Shown here: in pieces, positions 36,527-45,033 of the stretch
Layout of the letters: the number at the start of each line of letters is the position of its first letter
Numbering within the stretch: position 1 is the stretch's first letter
Source: Clostridia bacterium
Lineage (GTDB): Bacteria > Bacillota > Clostridia > Oscillospirales > CAG-272
DNA length: 54,657 nucleotides
Assembly (NCBI GenBank): GCA_017456625.1
Contig: JAFTJB010000140.1
Span: forward strand, 1-54,657
Direction of reading: 5' to 3'
Translations under genes and position numbers: made by a program
Notes under the pieces: generated by a model
Told to the model about the DNA's origin: nothing
The model's input: only the letters and a program-made list of their open reading frames with translations
Databases searched by the model: none

Positions 36527-37153
36527 TTACAGTTTGGTCTTGACCTCTCGGGCAACGCCGAGAATACGTGCTCTGCCGATCTCGAAATCCTCGGGGGAGA
36601 GGGGGATGGGGGAGTAATCTTCGTTTTCGGGCTTGAGCAGGATCTTTCGTCCTTGCTTTTGGAAGCGCTTGATGGTCGCGCTTTCACCGTCCACGAGGCA
36701 GGCAACGATGTCGCCGTTTTCAGCGTACTGCTGCTTGTGGAAGAGGACGAGTGAGCCGTCGATGATCCCCGCATTTTTCATGCTGTCGCCCGTGACCTCA
36801 AGAAAGAAATATTCCTCCACGTCATCCACGTCCGCAAACTCACAGCCGAGCAGCGTTTCGTCGGTCACGATGGGACAACCCGCGCGGATCACGCCAATGA
36901 CGGGAACCGTCTTGCGCGCGCGCAAATTTTTATAGGTGGCTTCCGTCGAACGGATGCCACAGTCCGTGCCGAGCAGCTCGTCGAGGCTGATGGAGAAATA
37001 ATCCGCGATGCGTGCCAGCTTGTCAGCCTTGGGCGTGGAGCGTCCATTCTTCCAATCTGAGAAGGTCGAGGCGGAGATTCCCGTTGCCTTGGAAATCTGA
37101 TAGACCGTTTTGCCGTGCGAGCGGAGCAGGGCTGTAAAGGTTGCGTAATCCAT
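36527..37153 (-). CDS. CI/LexA-like repressor: XRE HTH plus S24 autopeptidase
   Basis: N-terminal YQISKATGISASTFSDWKNGRSTPKADKLARIADYFSISLDEL (Cro/CI HTH); Ala-Gly cleavage site (IRAG), catalytic Ser (GDSM) and Lys (TIKR). Confidence 0.9.
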   Translation of the reverse strand: MDYATFTALLRSHGKTVYQISKATGISASTFSDWKNGRSTPKADKLARIADYFSISLDELLGTDCGIRSTEATYKNLRARKTVPVIGVIRAGCPIVTDETLLGCEFADVDDVEEYFFLEVTGDSMKNAGIIDGSLVLFHKQQYAENGDIVACLVDGESATIKRFQKQGRKILLKPENEDYSPIPLSPEDFEIGRARILGVAREVKTKL

Positions 37154-37185
37154 AAAAAACCCCTTTGTTACGTAATTGTAAATAA

Positions 37186-37452
37186 TACGGAAATCCGTAA
37201 TAAATTATTGACAAATGTTTGAAAATGCGATATAATATCCTCAACAAAGTCATTATACCGCATTTTGAAATAAAAGTCAACAATTATTTATATATTTTTT
37301 CAAAAAGAACATTTTTTCGACAAATTAAGCCGATTTGTATAAAAATCGGACAGATCTAAAAAAATTGAGAAAAAGAAAAATAAGACGGAAATCCGAAAAT
37401 AAAGTGACAAATTGTTTCTTTGCGGTTTGCTCAAAAAATACGGATTTTCGAC
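37186..37452. promoter_or_regulatory. Switch region: overlapping opposed promoters plus three copies of a palindromic operator
   Basis: Plus: TTGACA (37208-37213), 17 nt, TATAAT (37231-37236). Minus: TTGACT (37275-37280), 17 nt, TATAAT (37252-37257). Operators TACGGAAATCCGTA (37186-37199), GACGGAAATCCGAA (37384-37397), TACGGATTTTCGAC (37439-37452). Confidence 0.75.
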
Positions 37453-37480
37453 ATTGCCAAAACCGAAGGAGGGTGAGAAT

Positions 37481-37876
37481 ATGGAGAAGGAAATGATCGA
37501 GGAGCGTGTGCGCCGCTTGCGCAACTATCTTTGCGGCTATCGCTTTTGTGTGGATATGCTCCACCTGCGTGGATACGAGCGGAAGCGACAAAAGGTGCTT
37601 TCGGACGTGTGCGAGGATGCGGAGCTGATCGCGGGCGACGAGATGGTTTGGCGCAGCCGAATGTATGAGGTGCAAGCGTTGATCGAGTCTATGAAAAACG
37701 GGAAGGCAAAGCTGATCCTTTATTACCGTTACATACGCGGAGAGAGCATTGAGTTTGCCGCAAACATGATCGGGATCTCCCGTCGGACGGGCTACCGATG
37801 GCATGACAAGGGGCTTTTGCAGGCGGCGGAAATCTTTGAAAAAAGGGAAAAAACGGAAGGCTCATTTTTGGAATAA
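37481..37876 (+). CDS. ArpU/RinA (DUF1492)-like regulator with C-terminal sigma-70 region 4-like HTH
   Basis: Start MEKEMIEE after AAGGAGG; C-terminal ILYYRYIRGESIEFAANMIGISRRTGYRWHDKGL resembles the phage ArpU/RinA pattern (L..RY..g.sW..IA..m.yS.r..yR.h.kAL). Confidence 0.65.
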   Translation: MEKEMIEERVRRLRNYLCGYRFCVDMLHLRGYERKRQKVLSDVCEDAELIAGDEMVWRSRMYEVQALIESMKNGKAKLILYYRYIRGESIEFAANMIGISRRTGYRWHDKGLLQAAEIFEKREKTEGSFLE

Positions 37877-37922
37877 ACGCTCGTCTTTGTGAGAAAATAA
37901 TTGCAAAGGAGGCGATTTTTTG

Positions 37923-38144
37923 ATGGATATGAGTATGATGAATCAGGCAATGTGCCGCAACAAAAAAACAGTACTTGTTACCGTTGGCTCGGCGATCGGT
38001 GTGACCGCACTTGGGCTCGGTGCTGTGGCGATCTGGAACAGCCGCAGACTCCGCGCAATGCGCGCGGCAAAGCGAACGGGCAAGCTGCTGTACAAAATGG
38101 GAACCGTTTTGCAGTCGGTCTCGGGTGTCGCGGAGGATATGTAA
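37923..38144 (+). CDS. Small single-TM hypothetical protein
   Basis: AAGGAGG RBS; hydrophobic VLVTVGSAIGVTALGLGAVAIW followed by a basic amphipathic segment; terminator follows. Confidence 0.7.
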   Translation: MDMSMMNQAMCRNKKTVLVTVGSAIGVTALGLGAVAIWNSRRLRAMRAAKRTGKLLYKMGTVLQSVSGVAEDM

Positions 38145-38145
38145 C

Positions 38146-38182
38146 AAAGGGGCGTGTGGCGAAGGTCGCACGCCTCTTTTTT
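38146..38182 (+). terminator. Intrinsic terminator
   Basis: AAAGGGGCGTGTGGC-GAAG-GTCGCACGCCTCTTTTTT. Confidence 0.8.
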
Positions 38183-38193
38183 GTTAAATCCCC

Positions 38194-38222
38194 TTGTTTC
38201 CGCGGTGAGAATATGCTATACT
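38194..38222 (+). promoter_or_regulatory. Sigma-A-like promoter for the phosphatase/surface protein operon
   Basis: TTGTTT, 17 nt, TATACT with extended TG. Confidence 0.5.
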
Positions 38223-38262
38223 GTATATAGCGATATCCAAAACGAAAAACAAGGGGGATCAC

Positions 38263-39393
38263 ATGAAGAAAAAAATACTGTCCTCTGCCTTGGTGCTTGC
38301 ACTTTGTGCCACCATGTTATCCGCGACCTCGCCGATCGACGGCATCGCGCCGCTCTCCAATGCGGGAGCATATGTTCCAACGCTTACAAGTGCACAAAAC
38401 GGAACCAAGGTCGCGCTTCTCGACGGCAATATTTACGAGTATGCCAAGGATTATGTCAAGTACAAATCCATGAGCTACTATAACGGCACCGATCAGTTCG
38501 CGCCCGTGCCCGTCACACTCTCCTGGACGAGCGAGGCGGGAGCGGAATATTACACGGTCAAGCTTTCTCTGTTTGAAGATCTTTCTGCGGCGGAATATTT
38601 CGTTACGTTTGACCGCAGTTTGGTCGTTGAGGAGCTTCTGATGGGGAAGACCTACTATTATCAGGTCATTGCGCACTATGCGGATAAGACCGTTCTGTCG
38701 CGTGTTTTCTCCTTTGAGACAGCATATCTCCCTCGTACGATCGAGGCGGAGGGCGTATCCAACACGCGCGATTTCGGTGGATTTTACACCGTGGACGGTA
38801 AGCACCGCGTGCGCCAAGGCTTGATCTACCGTGGCGGAGAGATGACCGATATCACGGCGGCGGGAATTGAAAAAATGCTCTATACCTACAACATCAAGAC
38901 CGATCTGGATCTGCGCGGAAATCTCTCCACCCCCTTGGGTAGTGCGGTCAATTACGTTGGGGTGAGCGCACCCTATTACGTTGGCAGCAACGGAATTCTG
39001 ACCGAAAGCTACCGCGATGCGCTGATCACCGAGATCCGCACCTTTGCAGATCCCGATAATTATCCCATCTACGTCCACTGCGCGCTCGGAAGAGACCGCA
39101 CGGGAACGCTCTGCTTCCTCATCAACGCACTTTGCGGTGTCGGTGAGAAGGAGCTTTACATGGACTACGAGACCTCCTTCTTCTCGGTCAAGGGCTGCTA
39201 CGGAAATACGCCGCTTCAGCCGATGATCGAGAGCAGCTTTACACCGCTTTACAATTATCTCAATACCTATCCCACCGAGGATGAGGACGCAACACTTGCG
39301 GAGCGCACCGAGGCATTCATGAAGGAGTATCTCGGTATCACGCAGTCGGAGATCGACAGCATTCGCTCGATCCTTCTTGAGGAGGTGGCGTGA
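38263..39393 (+). CDS. Secreted Cys-dependent (tyrosine/lipid) phosphatase with N-terminal beta-sandwich-like domain
   Basis: Signal peptide MKKKILSSALVLALCATMLSA; NTRDFGG, IYRGG, DLDLR, HCALGRDRTG (CX5R), DYETS, as in Y_phosphatase3-type enzymes. Confidence 0.8.
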   Translation: MKKKILSSALVLALCATMLSATSPIDGIAPLSNAGAYVPTLTSAQNGTKVALLDGNIYEYAKDYVKYKSMSYYNGTDQFAPVPVTLSWTSEAGAEYYTVKLSLFEDLSAAEYFVTFDRSLVVEELLMGKTYYYQVIAHYADKTVLSRVFSFETAYLPRTIEAEGVSNTRDFGGFYTVDGKHRVRQGLIYRGGEMTDITAAGIEKMLYTYNIKTDLDLRGNLSTPLGSAVNYVGVSAPYYVGSNGILTESYRDALITEIRTFADPDNYPIYVHCALGRDRTGTLCFLINALCGVGEKELYMDYETSFFSVKGCYGNTPLQPMIESSFTPLYNYLNTYPTEDEDATLAERTEAFMKEYLGITQSEIDSIRSILLEEVA

Positions 39394-40946
39394 TGAAGCG
39401 ATTTTTGATCATGCTTTGTGCCGTGGCGCTTTTGCTCGTCTCTGCGATGCTTGGTGTGTCTGCGGATCTGCAGACGGACGCGGATTTTGACTGTGCCTAC
39501 TCATGGGGACCTGCCGATAGCGAATATCATCTTTACGGTGCGACGTCCGTCACAAGGCTTACCGCCGATGAGGCGGCTGCCGCGGGGATTCCTGCGGGCT
39601 ACACGGGGGACGTGCTGTCGGTAAAGAACAGCAGCAAAACCTCGATGGACATTTTGTTTGATTTTTCTCCGTACCGTATTCCTACCGCGCTGGTGAAGAG
39701 CATCACCTTCCGCGTTTACGTCGGCGAGGATGGCACGGCGGGCGACGATTATCCCGAGGTGCGAATCCGTCAAAAGGGTGACCGTTGGGTCATGCGATAC
39801 GACGTTCACAAGAAGCTCGCACAGTGGGTGGATATCACCATTGACAGTGAGGGAGGCCATTTCGAGGACGGCAGAAGCATGGAGGATATCTCGCTTGACG
39901 GATACCTTGACAAGGCGGCGCTCATGCTGCGTTGCAACGTAGCAAACGTCCCGTTTTACATTGACAGTATTACCTGCGAGCTGGAAGAAAATACGACCGC
40001 GCCCGTTCTCAATTACGAGGGTGCGAGCACGGTGCTGGCACATGAGGGCGCGCAATTGGTTCTGAACGTGACTGCGATCGATCCCGAGGAGGGTGAGGTC
40101 GAGGTCAAGTACGAGTGGAGTGACCCGAACGCGCAAAACGCGGACGGAACGCTCAATCGCGGAGAATATACGCTCAAAATTTATGCCGAGGACTACTTTG
40201 GAAACCGTGCGGAAATGACACTTCCCGTATCGGTCGGTGACGGAGACAACGAGGCGCCCGTGATCACGGTGTCGGCGGATGAGATCCGCGCCGTTGTGGG
40301 AGCGCGTCCCTCACTCAAGCCCACCGCGACCGACAACAGTGGCTACGCGAAGGTGGAAGGGCAGTGGTCAGCGGGTGCGATCGACAGACACGGCAAATTG
40401 ACGGTCGGTGTACATACCTACACGGTCACAGCGACCGATGCATCCGAAAATCGCACGGTCAAGGCGATCACCGTGTACGTGTCAAACGTCGAGGCTTGGG
40501 GCGATAACCTCATTGACGAGGCAAATCCGCCGCAACCCGAGCCGACACCCACACCTACACCTCCCGGTGGCGGTGAAAACGACGGCAATAACGATAACAA
40601 CAATAGCGACAACAATAGCGGCAATAACGATAACAACAATAGCGACAACAACAATAGCGGCAATAACGATAACAACAATAACGACAACAACAATAGCGGC
40701 GATAACGATAATAACAACGATAACAACGATAACGGCAACGGCGGATCGGAGTCCGATGAGCCTCCCGTGCAGGATGAGGGCAAGGATGAAGAGACGGATG
40801 AGGAGGACAGCACGCCCGCTGCGGACAGTGACGGCGGAGATCTCTATGTTGGGATCGCCATCGGCATTGGATGCGGTGCGTTGATCGCTTCCCTGATCTT
40901 CGGCGTGATCCTTGCGATCAGAAGCCGAGAGAAGAGAGATTGGTGA
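39390..40946 (+). CDS. Membrane-anchored surface protein with Ig-like repeats and Asn/Asp-rich stalk
   Basis: Signal peptide; APVL/APVI..ATD..G.YT..TATDASEN Ig-like repeats; PEPTPTPTPP then N/D-rich linker; C-terminal TM and basic tail; overlaps the phosphatase stop. Confidence 0.8.
   Translation: MMKRFLIMLCAVALLLVSAMLGVSADLQTDADFDCAYSWGPADSEYHLYGATSVTRLTADEAAAAGIPAGYTGDVLSVKNSSKTSMDILFDFSPYRIPTALVKSITFRVYVGEDGTAGDDYPEVRIRQKGDRWVMRYDVHKKLAQWVDITIDSEGGHFEDGRSMEDISLDGYLDKAALMLRCNVANVPFYIDSITCELEENTTAPVLNYEGASTVLAHEGAQLVLNVTAIDPEEGEVEVKYEWSDPNAQNADGTLNRGEYTLKIYAEDYFGNRAEMTLPVSVGDGDNEAPVITVSADEIRAVVGARPSLKPTATDNSGYAKVEGQWSAGAIDRHGKLTVGVHTYTVTATDASENRTVKAITVYVSNVEAWGDNLIDEANPPQPEPTPTPTPPGGGENDGNNDNNNSDNNSGNNDNNNSDNNNSGNNDNNNNDNNNSGDNDNNNDNNDNGNGGSESDEPPVQDEGKDEETDEEDSTPAADSDGGDLYVGIAIGIGCGALIASLIFGVILAIRSREKRDW
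40578..40742 (+). repeat. Coding tandem repeat (GNNDNNNSDNN(N)S units, 36-39 bp)
   Basis: GGCAATAACGATAACAACAATAGCGACAAC(AAC)AATAGC repeated about three times, then degenerate copies. Confidence 0.85.
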
Positions 40947-40951
40947 GAAAC

Positions 40952-40993
40952 AAAAAAACGGCGGCAAGGAAATCCTTGCCGCCGCAATTTTTT
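40952..40993. terminator. Bidirectional terminator
   Basis: AAAAAAACGGCGGCAAGGA-AA-TCCTTGCCGCCGCAATTTTTT between convergent genes. Confidence 0.85.
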
Positions 40994-43900
40994 TAGTCCT
41001 CGATCGGATAGACCTCGATCATGGGAGATTTCATCAAGCCCATGGGGGTGAGTTGATATTCATACGCGAATTCCTCGTCCTTGGTGTACCATTGAGAGGG
41101 ATCCTGATAGGTTTTGTTGTTGCATCTGTGGACCGTGCCGAAGCAGTTGATGCGCGAGCCGAAGAGTGTGACGTTGATCTTGTGCTTGCCTGCCTTTACG
41201 CCCGTTACCTTGACGCGGTAAGGAGCGTAAACGAGCGGCTCGGAGGAGCGGTTGTCAACGCTCACACGGAGCAGAGCGCCGCGATAGTGCGATGCCTTGA
41301 TGACAAGATCGCTGTCCTTTTCCAGCTCTACGGGGATCGAATAGGTCACGTTCGCACCGTAGAAGGGGAAGCCGTAGCGCGTAAGGTCGCCGAAGGGGAT
41401 CATGGAAGGCGCCTTGGTAACGGTTGCCTTCGAGCCCTCGACTCTGACACCGAATTCACCCAGAAGGAAGAAATTCTCAATGCTGGTGCGCTTGCCGATC
41501 GGAACGCGGATGACAAGCTCGTTTTTGCCCTTTTTGAGCTTGGGGAGAGGCATGGTATAAATATGACGGTCGGTGAAATAGCCGTTGCGCGTGATCTCGA
41601 CCTGCTCACCGTTGAGGATGACCTCCTCTGCGGTCTCGTAGGCGAGCTTGCACGCGATCTCAATCTCACTTTCTACCGTAAAGCGGAGAACGGGGAAGTG
41701 CTCGATGACCTCTTGGGGAATACACCAGGGCTGAACGTCCTTTCCGTCTGCCTTCGGGTAGCCGTATTCCGCGCGGAGCTTGGAGTCGATTCGGAGGATC
41801 TCCTCGGTCGGCTCGAATTCCTTGCCGTCCAACGACCATTCTGCCATGTCAAGTATATATACGTTGGGCTCGCTTCTCTTGATCGATACCTTTTCCTTGC
41901 AGTCGATCACTGCCGCGGGAGTGCGCTTTTGTGCGTCCGTTGCACAGACCGTCTGCGCGGTGTTGGAGACGGGGGCGAGACGGAAGAGGAGGCTGTCGGA
42001 GGGATAGATGCGACGGTCGATCACGGTCTTGCCGTTTGCGCGCTTGACACAAACGGGCGAGATCTTTCCGGTCAGTGTATCGTAGTATTCCACGTCGAAT
42101 TCGCCGCGGAGCGTGATCGTGATATCGGTCGGCTTGTAGTCTGCGATGGTGTAGTCCTCAACGGTCATAGGCTCCTTTGCGTGTGCAATGAAGAGCCACT
42201 TGTCCTTGCCGTCGATGCGCATATTGTAGATGAGATTCTCGGAGGATTTTCCCGAGCTTTCCACAATGCACACGTCTCTCTCACTCTCCAAAGCACCGAG
42301 CAGAGCGGTAGAAGAGAAGGGAACAGACACGATCTTGTTCAAAAATGCTTTGGGGAGGGTTGCCTTCTTTGCGTCTATGAGCGTGGGGAGGCTACCCATG
42401 ACGATGACCTTGCCTCCGCGACGCTGGAATGCCATGAGGATGTCAAGCGTGGACTGACGGATGGTCTCCATGCCGGGCAGAACGATGGCGTCGTACTTCA
42501 TTTCGCCAACGGTTAGCTTTGCCCCCTTGCCTGCCTTGTGCTGATCGGGGAGGAGCGACTCACTGATAAAGTCGAAATCGACCGTGCCGAAGAGCATCCA
42601 TTCGATCGTGTTCTTGAAGTTGAACTCGAGCTGACGGCAAACGTCCGCGTTATTGCCCTTGGGACCGTTGTGGAGCCAATAGCTTTCGATGGGATGGATG
42701 ACACCGACCTTGACGTCGGGCTTTCCGCGCGTGAGGACGGTGTTCAGACGTGCGAAATGATCCTCAACGTAGGGGTATTCCCGATACCATGCCGACTGAT
42801 AGTGGATGCTTGCGGGATAATCGCGCTTTGCGGAGCCGCGCATGGATACCCAGGAGAGGTGGGGGACGCGGACGGAAACGCCGAGTGCCGCCTGCCAGTC
42901 ACCCTGGAACTTGTGACCGCGGAAGTCGAAATCCCACCCCGTAACACCGTAAAGCTCGGAGAGCATTGCCTCTCTGCCGTATTGGTGGACGGTGGACTGA
43001 CACTGCTTTGCGGTGGAAAGCTCGACGCGGTTTACGAGCATATCGATACCGGGAATACCAAAGCCGCGGTACGCGCGCATTGCCTCACCCAGCATATCGG
43101 ATTGGCTTTTGAGGGTGGGCTCCTCCATCATGTGACCTGTGAGCGCGATGCCGTTCTCCTCGCACCATTTTCCGCACTGATCGGCAAATGCCTCGGTAAA
43201 TCTCTCGCAGGAGTGATCCTGATAGAGATAGCGGACGCGGGAGGGCTCGCCGTTGGGGAGATCCCATACGATCTCGGGAAGCTTTTCGACGATGTCAATG
43301 CCGTACGCCGCCTTGAAGGTCTCGGGGAAGGTGTGGGTCCACGCAAACTCCACGTCACTGTCGCTGTTTGCGAAGGGAAGCGTTTTCATTTTTCTGAATT
43401 GAGGCTCATCGGTGAAGATCGCGGGGATCGAGCCGCCGAAATCATGTCCGACCTTCTTTTTATAGGTCTCGTAGGTCACGCGGATGAATTCCTGCATCGT
43501 TTCGGGATCGAGCGTGTCCGCGTAGGACTGTCCGTTGTACCAGCCGGTGGGCGCGTGAGAGACCACGTATGCGTAATAACGCGTGCCAAGGACCTCGTCC
43601 TCTGCCTTTACCGTGCGGTAGGAGGCAAGCGTGCCGTCTTCGTTGAGCGAAACGTCATAGGCTGCGAGGAGGTAGGGGCGACCCTCGTTGTGACCGGTAA
43701 CGGGATCGGTCGCGTTTTCCATTTGGTTGCGGGTCATGACGATCTTCTTTTGTCTCTTTTTGGGATCCTTGGTGACGTAGCCGCCTGCGGCACCCGAGGG
43801 CCAACGGTCCTCGTCATAGAGCCATGCGAGCATTTTTTGCTTCTTGGCTTCCTCGTTGCAGGCAGAAATCAGATCCATAAAGTCCTCGCTGAGGTAGGTG

Positions 43901-44094
43901 GGTGCCAGTCCCGCGCGGGAGTGCATATGGAAGCCGCCAAAGCCCATCTCCTTCAATTCTCCGATCTGGCGGATCAGCTCGTCCCGCTCCAGCTTGTCGT
44001 TCCAAGCCCAGAAGGGCGTGCCGCGGTATTCCGAGGTCGGATTTTGAAAAAGCGAGCGATTCAGCTTCTTCGATTTGTTCTTTGGATACAGCAT
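40993..44094 (-). CDS. Large cytoplasmic glycoside hydrolase, GH106 (alpha-L-rhamnosidase)-related
   Basis: PFWAWND, GFGGFHMHSRAGL, YLSEDF, AWLYDEDRWPSGAAGG, IFTDEP, GHMMEE, PGIDML, SELYG, KRDYP; no signal peptide. Start placed at the second Met for RBS spacing. Confidence 0.7.
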   Translation of the reverse strand: MLYPKNKSKKLNRSLFQNPTSEYRGTPFWAWNDKLERDELIRQIGELKEMGFGGFHMHSRAGLAPTYLSEDFMDLISACNEEAKKQKMLAWLYDEDRWPSGAAGGYVTKDPKKRQKKIVMTRNQMENATDPVTGHNEGRPYLLAAYDVSLNEDGTLASYRTVKAEDEVLGTRYYAYVVSHAPTGWYNGQSYADTLDPETMQEFIRVTYETYKKKVGHDFGGSIPAIFTDEPQFRKMKTLPFANSDSDVEFAWTHTFPETFKAAYGIDIVEKLPEIVWDLPNGEPSRVRYLYQDHSCERFTEAFADQCGKWCEENGIALTGHMMEEPTLKSQSDMLGEAMRAYRGFGIPGIDMLVNRVELSTAKQCQSTVHQYGREAMLSELYGVTGWDFDFRGHKFQGDWQAALGVSVRVPHLSWVSMRGSAKRDYPASIHYQSAWYREYPYVEDHFARLNTVLTRGKPDVKVGVIHPIESYWLHNGPKGNNADVCRQLEFNFKNTIEWMLFGTVDFDFISESLLPDQHKAGKGAKLTVGEMKYDAIVLPGMETIRQSTLDILMAFQRRGGKVIVMGSLPTLIDAKKATLPKAFLNKIVSVPFSSTALLGALESERDVCIVESSGKSSENLIYNMRIDGKDKWLFIAHAKEPMTVEDYTIADYKPTDITITLRGEFDVEYYDTLTGKISPVCVKRANGKTVIDRRIYPSDSLLFRLAPVSNTAQTVCATDAQKRTPAAVIDCKEKVSIKRSEPNVYILDMAEWSLDGKEFEPTEEILRIDSKLRAEYGYPKADGKDVQPWCIPQEVIEHFPVLRFTVESEIEIACKLAYETAEEVILNGEQVEITRNGYFTDRHIYTMPLPKLKKGKNELVIRVPIGKRTSIENFFLLGEFGVRVEGSKATVTKAPSMIPFGDLTRYGFPFYGANVTYSIPVELEKDSDLVIKASHYRGALLRVSVDNRSSEPLVYAPYRVKVTGVKAGKHKINVTLFGSRINCFGTVHRCNNKTYQDPSQWYTKDEEFAYEYQLTPMGLMKSPMIEVYPIED

Positions 44095-44127
44095 AATCAT
44101 TCCTCCGTATCGATATCCGATTTTGAC

Positions 44128-44169
44128 TTGATGTCACATCAATTATAGCATATTGTCAATTTTTTTCAA
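44128..44169 (-). promoter_or_regulatory. Promoter of the glycoside hydrolase with palindromic operator TTGATGT-C-ACATCAA over the start site
   Basis: Perfect palindrome at 44128-44142, directly downstream of minus-strand TG-n-TATAAT (44142-44150); TTGAAA at 44164-44169. Confidence 0.6.
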
Positions 44170-44272
44170 CATCAAAATCAAAAATAGAAAAAATCCCCCC
44201 TCAATAGGAAAAAATACGACGGATTGTATGGAAAACAGCCGCGATTTCCTCCCTTTTTGTTGAAAAAAACGC

Positions 44273-44301
44273 TTGACAATTCTGTCGATTTATGATATGA
44301 T
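44273..44301 (+). promoter_or_regulatory. Sigma-A promoter of the pur operon
   Basis: TTGACA (44273-44278), 17 nt, TATGAT (44296-44301) with extended TG. Confidence 0.75.
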
Positions 44302-44334
44302 AAAAAGCGTGAATGTAGATAATATATGGTAAGT

Positions 44335-44408
44335 GATTTCTGCGACTGACGGGTAATGGTGGAGCTCCACCGTGAAACAGAAATCCGATTACGCCGTCCG
44401 TCTGGGCA
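44335..44408 (+). ncRNA. ZMP/ZTP (pfl) riboswitch
   Basis: P1 GATTTCTG/CAGAAATC, conserved GACTGACG, P2 GGTGG/CCACC, 3' GCCGTCCGTCTGGGC hairpin; pseudoknot GACGG/CCGTC; sits upstream of purine biosynthesis genes. Confidence 0.9.
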
Positions 44409-44451
44409 CACTTATTGTTTCGCAAGAAATAGGATAAGTGCGCCATTTTTG
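44405..44451 (+). terminator. Riboswitch expression-platform terminator
   Basis: GGCACACTTAT...ATAAGTGCGCC-ATTTTT; its 5' arm overlaps the aptamer's 3' GGGC, consistent with an ON switch. Confidence 0.75.
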
Positions 44452-44481
44452 ATTTTTTAGCCCTAAGGAGGTAATTTTGAA

Positions 44482-44976
44482 ATGAAAAAAGTCGGAATTG
44501 TAATGGGAAGCGCAAGCGATCTGCCGATCGTAGAGAAGGCGATCAACACGCTCAAGGCATTTGAGGTGCCCTACGAGGTACACGTGTATTCCGCACACAG
44601 AACCCCTGCAGAGGCAGGTGATTTTGCGCGCAACGCACAGAAGAACGGCTTTGGCGTTATGATCGCGGCAGCGGGTATGGCAGCGCATCTCGCAGGTGCG
44701 ATCGCTGCAAACACGACGCTTCCCGTAATCGGTATTCCCTGTAAATCCAGCCAGCTTGACGGTATTGATGCACTTCTGTCCACCGTTCAGATGCCCTCGG
44801 GTATCCCTGTAGCAACGGTCGCGATCAACGGTGCGGTCAATGCCGCTTTGCTTTCTTGTCAGATCCTCGCCCTCTCGGACGAGAAGCTTGCGAAGAAGCT
44901 TGCGGACAAGCGCGCGGCGGATGCAGCGGCAGTCCTGGAGAAGGATGCTGAGATCGCGCAGACGCTCAATCAATAA
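44482..44976 (+). CDS. purE: N5-CAIR mutase
   Basis: MGSASDL, SAHRTP, AGMAAHLAG, DALLSTVQMPSGIPVATV. Confidence 0.96.
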   Translation: MKKVGIVMGSASDLPIVEKAINTLKAFEVPYEVHVYSAHRTPAEAGDFARNAQKNGFGVMIAAAGMAAHLAGAIAANTTLPVIGIPCKSSQLDGIDALLSTVQMPSGIPVATVAINGAVNAALLSCQILALSDEKLAKKLADKRAADAAAVLEKDAEIAQTLNQ

Positions 44977-45033
44977 TCAACAGTAAATCATAACGGAAGA
45001 ACGGGCTTCCAAGCAAGATAAGGAGAGGTATCT

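Noticed and set aside
36527-38144. Intact prophage or ICE
   Set aside because: No integrase, att-like direct repeats, replication, packaging or conjugation genes; only regulatory parts are present.
40578-40742. Possible CRISPR-like repeat array
   Set aside because: Units are contiguous, low-complexity and in-frame with no unique spacers; no cas genes.
40912-44148. 534-aa and 536-aa + strand ORFs
   Set aside because: Antisense shadows of the glycoside hydrolase.
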